From: Candidatus Rariloculaceae bacterium
GTDB lineage: Bacteria; Pseudomonadota; Gammaproteobacteria; Steroidobacterales; Rariloculaceae
Assembly (NCBI GenBank): GCA_965223375.1
Contig: OZ245000.1
Location: forward strand, 2,616,582 to 2,680,581
Reading direction: 5' to 3'
DNA: 64,000 bases
Below, piece by piece: positions 8,948 to 18,981 of the stretch. Both the position numbers and the translations under genes were made by a program. Numbering within the stretch: position 1 is the first letter of the stretch; each line of letters starts with the position of its first letter. Below the pieces are notes generated by a model. It was given only the letters and a program-made list of their open reading frames with translations. It did not search any database and had not been told where the DNA came from.

Positions 8948-10848
8948 GACCGGGCCCTCCGCGCCGATCGGCGTGTCAGGTGAAAGATCAGTGCCAGCAC
9001 AGCCAGCGCAATGGGAATCGCATAGATGTTTATGACCTTGAGCGCCGTGCCCAGACCCTCGATGCTGCTGTCGAGCTCGCGCTGGACCGCGCGCAGTTCC
9101 TGGCGGATCCGCAGCTGCTCATCGCGGAACCGATCGACTTCGGCCTGCTGCTCCGGCGTCATCAGCAGCGAGCCGCCGTCCTCACGGGCAGCCTGCAGCT
9201 CGCCGAGCCGGCGCTCCGTCTCGGCAAGCTCCGCCTGCAACTGCTGCTCGGTAGAGCGGAAGCGGGCATCGGCATCGCGTCGGAGCGCCTCGACCCGATC
9301 GAAGGGTCGCGCGAATCCGGCACGGCTCTTCAGCCCGATCAGGTGCTCGCTGCCGGCCAGGCTGCCGATCGAGTTGGTCAGAAAGTCGGCGTTGTTGGCG
9401 AACGCGGTCAGCACCTGCTGGCCGAGAAAACCGCGCTGCCGGGACACCCACAGCCGGTCACTGAGAATGTCGACATCCGCGACGACCATGAGATTCGCGT
9501 TGTCGGTGCCCGGGACATGATCAGCGGGGTCAGCGGGCTCGACCGGCGCTGCTGCCACCGCGGGATCCGGGGTCGCCGCCGGTGCGCCACCGGGAAACGC
9601 CGACTGCAGCGGGCCCTGGATGCGCGCCGCAAGCACCAGCGGGGTGCCGGTCGGCGCGAAACCGTCCAGCAGGTCGCCGGGGTCGCTCAGGAACTGAAAG
9701 CGCTGGGCCGGCAGCGGCGCCGCGTCCGTGCTCGACGAGAGCAGCGGCTCGAAGTCGAGTCCGGCGTCCTCGGCGACCGCCAGGCTGCCGGCGGTTGCGA
9801 GATTGATCACGCTCAAGCCCGATGTCGTCAGCTCGTCGGCAGCGAGCGCCGACTCGTCGAGCCCGATGTAGCCAATGTGTCTGATTGGCCGCGGGCTCTG
9901 GCCCGTGTTGATCGACAGCGCATAGCCGTTGTCGCCCACGACCTGGCCCGCATCGAAGTCTATGCCCCAGGCGTCGAACAGCATCGGCAGATCCGAGCTC
10001 GACGCCGCGCCCATCCCCATCGGGCCCGGTGCGGCCGCGGGCGCCGCTTCGGCCAGCGGGTCGACGAAAATCATGGCGCGGCCGCCGCTCATGACGAACT
10101 GGTCGACCGCATAGAGAGTCGTCTCGTCGAGGCCGGACGGATGCACGATCCAAAGCACGGCGATGTCGTCGTCGATCGAGCTCAGGCTGCCGGTCAGCTC
10201 GCGCACCTCGAACAGCTGGCGCACCTGCTGAACGATCGTCCACGGCTGCATCGGCTGCTGCGTCTGCGGGTCGAAGCCACCGGTCATCGGCACCCCGGCA
10301 ATGAGACCGATGACGGACTTCTGCGGTGACGAGAGACTGTAGATCAGCCGCGCGAGGTCATATTCGAGCGACGCTTCTTTCGCCGGATCGAACACCTCAA
10401 TGATGGCTTCGTCACCGACCGTGTTCGTCGCGGCAAGGCCGAAGTAGACGCTGTCGCCGAGCAGGCCGCCGAGATCCGTCAGGCCGAAGCCCGCCGCGCG
10501 ATCCTCTTCCTCCGAGAACGGTACCGGGTCGATGACCTGCAGCGTCAGGCTGCCGCCCGCTTCCGCGACGAATTCGTCGAGCATTTCGTTGACCCGCGTT
10601 GCGTAACTACGCAGGAATTGCGCGTCTTCGGTCTCGCGATCGGAGAAGTAAAGATAAAGGTTGATCCGCTCTTCGATGGCGCCAAGCATGTCCCGCGTCC
10701 CGGGCGCGAGCGTGTAAAGGCCGTCTTCGGTCAGGTCGAGACGCATGCCGCGCAACAGCGTGTTGCTCGCCATGATCGCTGCGATGAATATCACGAAGAG
10801 GAGCACGAGACTCATCAGCGCATAGCTTCGGTGGCGTCCTCCGTCCAT
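8944..10848 (-). CDS. GldG-like ABC-transporter auxiliary protein
   Basis: 634 aa. N-terminal TM, a large periplasmic region, a C-terminal coiled coil (QQLQAELAETERRLGELQAARE), then a TM segment (VINIYAIPIALAVLALIFHL). It follows an ABC-2 permease. Confidence 0.8.
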   Translation of the reverse strand: MDGGRHRSYALMSLVLLFVIFIAAIMASNTLLRGMRLDLTEDGLYTLAPGTRDMLGAIEERINLYLYFSDRETEDAQFLRSYATRVNEMLDEFVAEAGGSLTLQVIDPVPFSEEEDRAAGFGLTDLGGLLGDSVYFGLAATNTVGDEAIIEVFDPAKEASLEYDLARLIYSLSSPQKSVIGLIAGVPMTGGFDPQTQQPMQPWTIVQQVRQLFEVRELTGSLSSIDDDIAVLWIVHPSGLDETTLYAVDQFVMSGGRAMIFVDPLAEAAPAAAPGPMGMGAASSSDLPMLFDAWGIDFDAGQVVGDNGYALSINTGQSPRPIRHIGYIGLDESALAADELTTSGLSVINLATAGSLAVAEDAGLDFEPLLSSSTDAAPLPAQRFQFLSDPGDLLDGFAPTGTPLVLAARIQGPLQSAFPGGAPAATPDPAVAAAPVEPADPADHVPGTDNANLMVVADVDILSDRLWVSRQRGFLGQQVLTAFANNADFLTNSIGSLAGSEHLIGLKSRAGFARPFDRVEALRRDADARFRSTEQQLQAELAETERRLGELQAAREDGGSLLMTPEQQAEVDRFRDEQLRIRQELRAVQRELDSSIEGLGTALKVINIYAIPIALAVLALIFHLTRRSARRARS

Positions 10849-10851
10849 CGC

Positions 10852-11586
10852 TCAGTCCGCCTTTTTCAGTTCGAGTATGAGTGTGTTCGCGTAGAGCGAG
10901 GCGCCGATCAGCAGGCCGAAGTAGACGACGTCGCGAAGGTCGATGACGCCTTTGCTGATGCTCTCGTAATGCGTCAGGAAACTCAGGCTCGCGATCGCAT
11001 CGACCAGCGCGGTCGGCGCCCAGGCCTGGAAGAAATCCAGAACCAGCGGGAAGCCTGCGAGCAGCAACAACAGGCACACGACGACGGCCAGAATGAAAGC
11101 GACGACCTGATTCTTCGTCAGCGCAGAGATGCACGACCCGACCGCGAGGTAACCGCCTGCCATCAGGATGCTGCCGACGTAGGCGGCCAGGATGGCGCCG
11201 TTGTCCGGGTTGCCGAGGTAGTTCACCGTCAGCCAGATCGGAAACGTCAGGACGATCGCGATGGTCGTGAACGCCCACGCGGCAAGGAACTTGCCGACGA
11301 CGCTCTGCCAGGTTTCGATCGGCAGCGTCATCAACAGCTCGATGCTGCCGGACTTCCGCTCCTCGGCCCACAGGCGCATCGACAGCGCGGGAACGAGGAA
11401 CAGGAACAGATAGGGGTGGTAGGCGAAGAATGGCAGCAGATCCGCCTGGCCACGTTCGTACAGTGTGCCGAAGTAGAACGCGAACGCATTCGAAATGATC
11501 AGGAAGATCAGGATGAAGACGTAGGCAACCGGCGTCACGAAATAGCTCGCGAGCTCGCGTCTGAATACCGGGCGGATACCGCTCAC
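10852..11586 (-). CDS. ABC-2 family transporter permease (GldF-like)
   Basis: 244 aa with about six hydrophobic segments. 4-nt overlap with the ATPase gene. Confidence 0.85.
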   Translation of the reverse strand: MSGIRPVFRRELASYFVTPVAYVFILIFLIISNAFAFYFGTLYERGQADLLPFFAYHPYLFLFLVPALSMRLWAEERKSGSIELLMTLPIETWQSVVGKFLAAWAFTTIAIVLTFPIWLTVNYLGNPDNGAILAAYVGSILMAGGYLAVGSCISALTKNQVVAFILAVVVCLLLLLAGFPLVLDFFQAWAPTALVDAIASLSFLTHYESISKGVIDLRDVVYFGLLIGASLYANTLILELKKAD

Positions 11587-12518
11587 GCGCTGGCACCTCC
11601 GGTAATCGTACGGAAGACCTCGTCGAGCCGGCCGGACTCCAGGTGCAGCTCGGCCAGTGCCCAGCCGTTGCGATCAGCGAGCTGGCCAATTGCGGCGAGC
11701 GGCAGTTGCCCGGGAGCCGGGAACGCGGTGATCCGGCCGGCTTGGGCGTCGACCTCGGTGCCGGCCACCTCCGCGAGGCCCGCGATCGCGGTATCCGCGG
11801 CACCGATGATCGTCTCGTCCTTGAGCTTGATCGAGACGGCGTTGTGGAAACGCGAGCGTGCCTCGAGGCCGGCCGGCGTATCGTCGGCCAGAACCTTTCC
11901 TTGCGCGATGATCATCGCCCGATTGCACAGGGCGTCGACTTCCTCCAGCACGTGCGTCGAGATCACGATGATCTTGTTCGTCGCCATGCTGCTGATCAGC
12001 TCCCTGACCTCGTGTTTCTGATTCGGGTCGAGACCGTCGGTGGGCTCGTCGAGGATCAGCACGTCGGGGTCGTGAAGAATGGCCTGCGCCAGCCCGACCC
12101 GACGGCGAAAACCTTTGGACAACGTGTCGATCGTCTGATCGAGCACGCCCTCCAGATGCAGTTTCTGGAAAACCTCGTCGAGGCGTGATTTCCGCTCGGC
12201 CGCCGACAATTGTCTGACGTCGGCGATGAAACCGAGAAACGACCGAACCGTCATTTCCGGGTAGCTGGGCGCGCCTTCCGGCAGGTAGCCGATGTGTCGC
12301 TTCGCATCGATCGGCTGGCGCGCGACGTCGAAGCCGCAGACCGATACCTGTCCGGCCGTAGGGGCGAGAAATCCCGCGACGATCCGCATCGTCGTGGACT
12401 TGCCGGCGCCGTTGGGACCGAGGAAGCCGAGGACTTCGCCCGGTTCGACCCTGAAGCTCAGGTCGTCGACGGCCCTCAGGTAGCCGTAGAGTTTGGTCAG
12501 GCCTTGGCACTCGATCAT
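11583..12518 (-). CDS. ABC transporter ATP-binding protein (GldA-like)
   Basis: Walker A GPNGAGKST, signature LSKGFRRRVGLAQA, Walker B LILDEPTDGLD. Confidence 0.95.
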   Translation of the reverse strand: MIECQGLTKLYGYLRAVDDLSFRVEPGEVLGFLGPNGAGKSTTMRIVAGFLAPTAGQVSVCGFDVARQPIDAKRHIGYLPEGAPSYPEMTVRSFLGFIADVRQLSAAERKSRLDEVFQKLHLEGVLDQTIDTLSKGFRRRVGLAQAILHDPDVLILDEPTDGLDPNQKHEVRELISSMATNKIIVISTHVLEEVDALCNRAMIIAQGKVLADDTPAGLEARSRFHNAVSIKLKDETIIGAADTAIAGLAEVAGTEVDAQAGRITAFPAPGQLPLAAIGQLADRNGWALAELHLESGRLDEVFRTITGGASA

Positions 12519-12618
12519 GGCGACGAATCAGCTTTGAAACGGACGATGCGTTGCGCGGCGCCGGAAAAATCGGCGCAACATTCTGCATAGCGGCATCGGT
12601 CGTTTCAACACCCTCAAG

Positions 12619-15375
12619 TTACGGCCCGTTAATGATCGCGCCGTCCGCATCGACGACCGTCAGCTCGCCGATCCCGAGGCTCTCGATCTGCGGCCGAATC
12701 TGCGCGACGTCGCCGACGACGATCCAGGTCAGATCTTCGGGCGTCAGCGTTTCACGGGCGGCCGCAATCACGCCGTCGGTATCGACCCCCGCCACACCGT
12801 CGACGTAGCGATCCCAGTAGTCGTCCGGCAGGCCGAAACGAACGATCTCCGCGATGTCTCTCGCGACTGCGCCGGCCGTCTCCCAGCGGCCGGGCAGCGT
12901 CAGCGTATTGCGCTTCTTCGTCGTTTCGACCTCCTGAAGACTGGCCGGCTCGTCGCCGACGTAGCCGTTCACTTCGGCCAGTATCTCGGCCATCGACGGG
13001 CCCGTCTGATCGCTTTGTACCGGCGCCAGCACCAGGAACAGCCGCTGCGCCTGCGTGTTGACGATGGCCGATCGCGCGCCGTACGACCATGCCTTGTCCT
13101 CGCGCAGATTCATGTTGATGCGCGAGGTGAAACTGCCGCCGAGGATGTCGTTCATCGCCTCGATCGAGAACTCGGTGGCGGGGTCCATCGGATCGAGCAG
13201 CTGGCCGGCGATGATGTAACTCTGCTCCGAGCCCGGCCGGTCCATCAGCAGCACGCGCGGCCCCGACGGGGGTGCGACGAGCGGCAGAGACTTGTCGGGC
13301 GTGTCGCCTGCGTCCCAGTCCTCGAAGAGCTCCTCGAGCCGCGGCTGAATCTCGGCGAGCGTGATGTCGCCGGTTACGATCAGCGTGGCGTTGTTCGGCT
13401 TGAACCAGGTCGAGTGGAAATTCATCAGATCGCGACGCGTCATCTCGGCGACGGACTGCTCGGTGCCCGTCCCGGTCATGCCGGAGCCGTAGGCGTGCTC
13501 ATCGCCGAACAGGAAACGCGGAAACACCCGCAGGGCCATCGACTGTGGCGTGACCTTTTCCTGCTGGATGTCGGTGAGCTGAAGCTGCCGCAGCCGTTCG
13601 AGCTCGTTGTCCGGGAAGGACGGATTCAGGATGACGTCGGCATATATCTCGAGCGCCTCGTCGAGCGTTTCCCTGAGCGTCGACATCCTTACCGAGGAAG
13701 TGTCCAGATTCGAACCCGTGCCGAGCGTTGCGCCCAGGCCCGCGAGCTCATCGCTGATTTCGAGCGCGTTGCGGTTTCTCGTGCCCTCGTCGAGCATCGC
13801 CATTGCGAGGCTGGCGCCGCCCTGTTTGCCGAACTGATCGGCCGCGAAGCCGGCGTCGAGCTGCAATGACAGCTGGACGATCGGTACCGCATGGCGCTCG
13901 GCGACGATCAGTTTCAGGCCGTTGCTGAGCGTTGCGCGGCTCATCTCCGGGAAGCTCGCGCTCGGGAACGAATCCGGCAGAGGCGGACCGTTGCTGCGAT
14001 CGGCGCCCTCGGCCGCAGCGCTCAGCGAGCCGTCGAACGGGTGAACTTCGAGCGCCACAGCAGGTCCCGTTACCCAGCGATTGAACGCGGCCCGCACGTC
14101 CTCCGGCGTCGCCGCATTCAGCACCTCGAGCGAGTGCCGGTAGTAGTCCGGCCGCCCGCCATAAACCGCATTGGTCGCAAGAATGTTCGACTTGCCGCCG
14201 AAGCCGCCGACCTGCTCGATGCCGCGAATGAACGATGCGAGCAGCTCGGTGCGCACGCGGTCCAGTTCCGCCTGCGTCGGTCCGTCCTGCCGGAAGCGCT
14301 CGAGCTCCTCGTCGATCGCCTGCTCGACGGTCGCGAGATCCTGTCCCGGCAACGCCGACGCCAGCACGATGTATGAACCGCTGATTTCCTGGTCGAGCGC
14401 GAACGCGCCGACGTCACTCGCGATCTGGTCCTCGTAGACCAGGCGGTTGTAGAGCCGCGACGTCTTGCCGCTCGTCAGCACATAGTCGGCGAGCTGCAGC
14501 AGTGTGCTGTCGTCGTCGGCCCAGGCGGGGCCGCGCCACGCTTTGTAGATGCGCGCCTGCGGAACGCGGTCCTGCATCTCCACGCGTCTCGCATCGAGTG
14601 CCCCGACCGTCCAGTTGTCGCGCTTGGCCAGCGGTGGCCCGGCCGGAATGTCACCGAAATACTGCTGCGCCTTCTCGCGGGCCGTCTCGACGTCGATGTC
14701 GCCCGCAAGCACGAGAGTCGCATTGTTCGGCCCATAGTACGTCTCGAACCAGGTATGCACGTCCTCGAGCGTTGCGGCGTCCAGATCCTCCATCGAACCG
14801 ATCACCGGCCACGAATACGGGTGGCCCTCCGGGAACATGTTCTCGAGCAGTGTCGCGAACACGCGGCCATAAGGCTGGTTTTCTCCCTGGCGCTTCTCGT
14901 TCTGGACGACGCCGCGCTGCTCGTCGAGCTTAGCCTGGTCGACCGCGCCGAGCAGGTGGCCCATCCGGTCCGATTCCATCCACAGTGCGAGGTCGATCGC
15001 CGAGCTCGGCACCGTCTGAAAGTAGTTGGTGCGGTCGAAATCGGTCGTCCCGTTCATGCTCGTAGCGCCGACCTCTTCGAACGGACCGAAATACTCGTCG
15101 TTGTAGTTCTCCGTGCCGTTGAACATCAGGTGCTCGAACAGATGGGCGAAGCCGGTCTTGCCGGGCACTTCGTTTTTCGAGCCGACGTGATACCAGATCG
15201 TCACCGCGACGATCGGCGCCTTGCGGTCTTCATGAACGATGACGCGCAGCCCGTTGTCGAGGTAGAACTCGTCGAACGGGATATCTGGAATTTCCTGTGC
15301 CGTCGCCGCTGCGCCGAGCGCGAGCGAAACGACCGCCGTCAGGGAGCGGAACACGCGCGAATACGGATTTCTCAT
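12619..15375 (-). CDS. secreted M16 (pitrilysin/insulinase) family zinc peptidase, duplicated M16 halves
   Basis: HLFEHLMFNG (HxxEH zinc motif) in the first half, and a second M16-like half without the motif. Signal peptide starts from the ATG at 15375 (MRNPYSRVFRSLTAVVSLALGAAATAQE). The ORF track start at 15474 adds an Arg-rich leader that is probably not translated. Confidence 0.9.
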   Translation of the reverse strand: MRNPYSRVFRSLTAVVSLALGAAATAQEIPDIPFDEFYLDNGLRVIVHEDRKAPIVAVTIWYHVGSKNEVPGKTGFAHLFEHLMFNGTENYNDEYFGPFEEVGATSMNGTTDFDRTNYFQTVPSSAIDLALWMESDRMGHLLGAVDQAKLDEQRGVVQNEKRQGENQPYGRVFATLLENMFPEGHPYSWPVIGSMEDLDAATLEDVHTWFETYYGPNNATLVLAGDIDVETAREKAQQYFGDIPAGPPLAKRDNWTVGALDARRVEMQDRVPQARIYKAWRGPAWADDDSTLLQLADYVLTSGKTSRLYNRLVYEDQIASDVGAFALDQEISGSYIVLASALPGQDLATVEQAIDEELERFRQDGPTQAELDRVRTELLASFIRGIEQVGGFGGKSNILATNAVYGGRPDYYRHSLEVLNAATPEDVRAAFNRWVTGPAVALEVHPFDGSLSAAAEGADRSNGPPLPDSFPSASFPEMSRATLSNGLKLIVAERHAVPIVQLSLQLDAGFAADQFGKQGGASLAMAMLDEGTRNRNALEISDELAGLGATLGTGSNLDTSSVRMSTLRETLDEALEIYADVILNPSFPDNELERLRQLQLTDIQQEKVTPQSMALRVFPRFLFGDEHAYGSGMTGTGTEQSVAEMTRRDLMNFHSTWFKPNNATLIVTGDITLAEIQPRLEELFEDWDAGDTPDKSLPLVAPPSGPRVLLMDRPGSEQSYIIAGQLLDPMDPATEFSIEAMNDILGGSFTSRINMNLREDKAWSYGARSAIVNTQAQRLFLVLAPVQSDQTGPSMAEILAEVNGYVGDEPASLQEVETTKKRNTLTLPGRWETAGAVARDIAEIVRFGLPDDYWDRYVDGVAGVDTDGVIAAARETLTPEDLTWIVVGDVAQIRPQIESLGIGELTVVDADGAIINGP

Positions 15376-15553
15376 CGTGATTTTCCTCGCTGGAGCATCC
15401 GGGCGACGTCGCTTCGCGATTTCCGCCGGCCCATGCGATGATGCCGGCGAATCGGCTGCGCGCCGTCGATGCAACGAACCCCGAAGTATAAGCGTCGGGT
15501 CTTTCGCTGTCGCATCCGTTCGCTGCCGGAAAATTCGTCAGCGCAGGAAGTCG

Positions 15554-16525
15554 ATGCAACAGATGTCGAGGCGGTCACTCTATCCGCTCGTCGAGCCGTT
15601 CGATACCGGCCATTTCGATACGGGCGACGGGCATGAGATCTACTACGAGCAGGTCGGTGACCCGGCCGGCGTCCCCGCCGTATTCCTGCACGGCGGACCG
15701 GGGGGTGGCGGCGACGTCAATGCGCGGCGGTTCTTCGATCCCGAGGGCTACCGTGCCGTGCTGCTCGATCAGCGCGGGTCGGGGCGAAGTCGCCCGCACG
15801 CTTCGCTCGAAAACAACACGACCTGGCATCTGATCCGGGATATCGAGCAGCTTCGCACGCGGCTCGGCATCGATCGCTGGCTGGTATTCGGCGGCTCCTG
15901 GGGCAGCACGCTGTCGCTCGCCTATGCCCAGCAGCATCCCGGTGCCGTCAGCGGCATGCTGCTGCGAGGCATCTTTCTGCTGCGGCAAAAAGAGCTCATC
16001 TGGTTTTATCAGTTCGGCGCCAGCGAGCTGTTTCCCGATCGTTTCGCTGCCTATCGGGACTTCATTCCGGAGGCGGAGCGGGCGGATCTGCTGGCGGCCT
16101 ATCACCGACGGCTGATCGGGGACGACCGGGCGCTTCAGCTCGAGGCCGCGCGTCGCTGGTCCGTATGGGAGGGCGCAACGAGCTCACTGCTTCCCGACCT
16201 CGGGCGCGAGCAGGTCTTCGGCGGCGACGAGTTCGCGCTCGCGCTCGCGCGTATCGAGGCCCACTATTTCGTGAACCGGGGTTTTCTCGAGCGCGAGGAT
16301 CAGCTCATCGTCGGTGCCGCCCATCTTGCCGGCATTCCGGCGCGCATCGTGCAGGGCAGATACGATGTCGTCTGCCCGGCCGTGACCGCCTGGGAGCTTG
16401 CGGCCGCCTGGCCCGACGCCACACTCGAGATCATCGACGATGCCGGCCACTCGGCGTTCGAGCCCGGGATCGCCGACGCGCTGGTCCGCGCAACCGACCG
16501 TTTTCTCGCCGAAGGAAGGCCATGA
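15554..16525 (+). CDS. pip: prolyl aminopeptidase (proline iminopeptidase)
   Basis: From the ATG at 15554: MQQMSRRSLYPLVEPFDTGHFDTGDGHEIYYEQVG, VFLHGGPGGG, GGSWGSTLSLAY (GxSxG), and a C-terminal DDAGHSAFEP. Confidence 0.9.
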   Translation: MQQMSRRSLYPLVEPFDTGHFDTGDGHEIYYEQVGDPAGVPAVFLHGGPGGGGDVNARRFFDPEGYRAVLLDQRGSGRSRPHASLENNTTWHLIRDIEQLRTRLGIDRWLVFGGSWGSTLSLAYAQQHPGAVSGMLLRGIFLLRQKELIWFYQFGASELFPDRFAAYRDFIPEAERADLLAAYHRRLIGDDRALQLEAARRWSVWEGATSSLLPDLGREQVFGGDEFALALARIEAHYFVNRGFLEREDQLIVGAAHLAGIPARIVQGRYDVVCPAVTAWELAAAWPDATLEIIDDAGHSAFEPGIADALVRATDRFLAEGRP

Positions 16526-17850
16526 CGACGCTAAGACTGACGAATGGAACGCTGGTCAGCGATGGCACGAGCCGTGTCGACGATCTGCTGATCCGCGCCG
16601 GCCGAATCGAGCGCATCGGCGCCGGTGCCGTGCCTGACGGCACGAAGACGCTGGATCTCGCCGGGCTTCACGTGCTGCCAGGGATCATCGACGATCAGGT
16701 GCACTTCCGCGAGCCGGGTCTGACGCACAAAGCCGATATCGAGTCGGAGTCGCTGGCGGCGATCTGTGGCGGCGTTACGAGCTACCTCGATATGCCGAAC
16801 AACTCGCCACCATGCGTCGATCGCGAGGGGCTCGCGGCGAAACGCGCGCGGGCCGAGGGCCGCAGTTACGCGAACTACGGTTTCTATCTCGGCGCGACGA
16901 ACACCAACATCGACGAGCTGCTGGCCGTAACCGCAGCCGAGGCATGCGGCGTCAAGGTGTTCATGGGGGCATCCACCGGCAACATGCTGGTCGACGATCG
17001 GCAGACCCTCGACGCCATATTCGCCGGCGTGAGCTTACCGGTCGTCACGCATTGCGAGGACACGCCGACGATCCTTGCGAACGAGGAACGTGCACGTGCG
17101 CAGTTCGGCGAAGATGTGCCGATCATCGAGCATCCCGCCATTCGCTCCGCGGAAGCCTGTTTGAAATCATCCCAGCTCGCCGTGGAGCTTGCGCAGCAGC
17201 ACGGGACGCGGCTGCACGTTCTGCATCTGACGACGGCGCGTGAGATGCAGCTGTTCGAAGCCGGCCCGATCAGCGAGAAGCGGATCACAGCCGAGGTCTG
17301 CGTACACCACCTCTGGTACGACGAGAGTGACTACGAGCGGCTCGGCGCGCTGATCAAGTGCAATCCGGCGATCAAATCGGCCGAAGACCGCGCCGCGTTG
17401 CGGCAGGCCGTGATCGACGATCGCATCGATATCATCGCCACCGACCACGCCCCGCACACCCGCGAGGAGAAGGCCGGCAACTATTTCTCTGCGCCGTCCG
17501 GGCTACCGCTGGTGCAGCACATGTTGCCGATGCTGCTCGACCTGCGGGCGCGCGGTGTCCTGTCGCTCGAGCAGATCGTCACAAAAGCGGCCCACAACCC
17601 CGCGCGGCTCTTCGGGATCCGCGACCGCGGGTTCATCCGCGAGGGCTATATGGCCGATCTAGCAATCGTTGATCTGGGCGGCACGACGTCCGTCGGAACC
17701 GACCAGGTGCGTTACAAATGCGGCTGGTCGCCGCTCGAGGGCGAGCGGCTGAGCGGCGAAGTCGTGATGACGATGCTGGCCGGCGACGTCGTCTTCGAGC
17801 GTGGCCGGGTGATCGGTGCGGCGCGAGGTAAGCCGCTGGAATTCGGCTGA
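16522..17850 (+). CDS. pyrC: dihydroorotase (Xanthomonas/Bacteroidetes-type amidohydrolase)
   Basis: The ATG overlaps the pip stop (ATGA at 16522-16525). MTTLRLTNG..., IIDDQVHFREPGLTHKADIESES, HCED, IIATDHAPH. Confidence 0.85.
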   Translation: MTTLRLTNGTLVSDGTSRVDDLLIRAGRIERIGAGAVPDGTKTLDLAGLHVLPGIIDDQVHFREPGLTHKADIESESLAAICGGVTSYLDMPNNSPPCVDREGLAAKRARAEGRSYANYGFYLGATNTNIDELLAVTAAEACGVKVFMGASTGNMLVDDRQTLDAIFAGVSLPVVTHCEDTPTILANEERARAQFGEDVPIIEHPAIRSAEACLKSSQLAVELAQQHGTRLHVLHLTTAREMQLFEAGPISEKRITAEVCVHHLWYDESDYERLGALIKCNPAIKSAEDRAALRQAVIDDRIDIIATDHAPHTREEKAGNYFSAPSGLPLVQHMLPMLLDLRARGVLSLEQIVTKAAHNPARLFGIRDRGFIREGYMADLAIVDLGGTTSVGTDQVRYKCGWSPLEGERLSGEVVMTMLAGDVVFERGRVIGAARGKPLEFG

Positions 17851-17901
17851 AAAGCGAACTGGTGCCTTGTCTGGCTCCGGGCAGCGTGCTGCACTGCGTA
17901 G

Positions 17902-18825
17902 TTGGACGAACGACCGGAAAAGCCCTTGCGCTGGTTTTGCTCAATTCTGGCCTCGAGTCTGGCGCTGACTGCCTGCGGCGGTGATTCGCCGGCCGTCACC
18001 GATGCGACGCCGGACGATCCGGCTGCCGGCGCCGCAGGGCTGCCGGCCGGGGCTGCTGCCGCGCCCGAGGAATATGCCGCCATGGATCACGGCCGGACGG
18101 CCGCGACCGAAGACCGGATCACGATTCTCGAGCAGGAATTCGCCTACGGCGCAACCGACGAGCGTAACTTCGTCGGCTTTTTTGCGATGCCGGAGCAGGT
18201 CGTCGAGCCGCTGCCCGGCATCGTGCTGGTCCACGAGTGGTGGGGCCTCAACGACAACATTCGGGAACGCGCCAGTGAGCTGGCGCGCACCGGTTACGCC
18301 GTGCTGGCCGTCGACCTTTACGACAGCCAGGTGACGGACGATCCGGACGTTGCCGGGGAGCTCATGCGTGAGGTCAACGCCGACCGGCCGACGTCGCTCG
18401 ATAACATAGGGCAGGCGATCGACTACCTGCGCGCCTATGCGCTGGCGCCAAGGGTTGCGGTGATCGGCCTCGGGCTCGGCGGCGAGCTCGCGCTTGCGGT
18501 CGCGACCTCGATGCCCGAAAAGATCGATGCTGTCGTCAGCTACTACGGCCGCCTGCCGACGGACGACGCGGCGCTGCGGCGATTTCGTGCGCCGCTGCTC
18601 GGCTTCTACGCCGAACGCGACCCGGCGATACCGACGCGGGACGTGCAACGGTTTCGCGCCACACTCTGGGACCTCGGGACGACGGCCGAGGTACTAATAC
18701 AGATCGGTGCGCGCCATGGCTTCGCCGATCCACAGCGACCGGTTTTCGATGCGGCGCAAACCGAGGAGGCGTGGTCCGAGACGATTGCGTTTCTCGATCG
18801 GGAGATAGTCAGCGCCAGGCGCTAA
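17902..18825 (+). CDS. dienelactone hydrolase family lipoprotein
   Basis: Lipobox LALTAC|GG. IVLVHEWWGLNDNIRERASELARTGYAVLAVDLY and a C-terminal GARHGF are typical of the DLH fold. Confidence 0.85.
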   Translation: MDERPEKPLRWFCSILASSLALTACGGDSPAVTDATPDDPAAGAAGLPAGAAAAPEEYAAMDHGRTAATEDRITILEQEFAYGATDERNFVGFFAMPEQVVEPLPGIVLVHEWWGLNDNIRERASELARTGYAVLAVDLYDSQVTDDPDVAGELMREVNADRPTSLDNIGQAIDYLRAYALAPRVAVIGLGLGGELALAVATSMPEKIDAVVSYYGRLPTDDAALRRFRAPLLGFYAERDPAIPTRDVQRFRATLWDLGTTAEVLIQIGARHGFADPQRPVFDAAQTEEAWSETIAFLDREIVSARR

Positions 18826-18836
18826 CCTGCGTCCGC

Positions 18837-18897
18837 AACCGATTCGCGGCTAAGGTCGGTGAAGGGGCAGGCGAGAGCCCGTGTAATCGGTGACGGG
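18837..18897. repeat. REP-like imperfect palindromic element, family 2 (copy A)
   Basis: accgattcgcggc...gcgagagcccgtgtaatcggtgacggg aligns at ~75% with 55175-55250. Shared blocks are ccgattc, (g)gtcggt, gca.gcgag and cccg.gtaatcggtga. The arms can pair. Confidence 0.7.
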
Positions 18898-18906
18898 TTA
18901 AAAGCA

Positions 18907-18981
18907 GGGACTGGTATCGAACATTCCTTGTTCATCCGTTGCGGATCCCAATTCCGTATGTTCGGCCGGACTACCAGTCCC
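18907..18981. repeat. nested long hairpin / inverted repeat
   Basis: gggactggta (18907-18916) pairs with taccagtccc (18972-18981). An inner pair, cgaacat/atgttcg, is also present. Confidence 0.6.

Noticed and set aside
15377-16521. N-terminal extensions in the ORF track: 15377-15553 for pip, 16165-16521 for dihydroorotase, 43-342 for the first hypothetical, and 49551-49865 for ddl.
   Set aside because: The extensions are Arg/Pro-rich, overlap neighbouring genes or intergenic DNA, and precede internal ATGs with RBS-like sequences. At those ATGs recognisable conserved N-termini begin for pip, pyrC and ddl, and a hydrophobic N-terminus begins for the first hypothetical.
16690-16707. The dihydroorotase motif reads DDQVHF, with Gln where the first His of the usual D.H.H metal site would be. 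This could suggest an inactive PyrC'.
   Set aside because: As far as I recall, DDQVHFREPGLTHK is the normal signature of the Bacteroidetes/Xanthomonas-type dihydroorotase subfamily, so it is probably not a degeneracy. This needs alignment confirmation.
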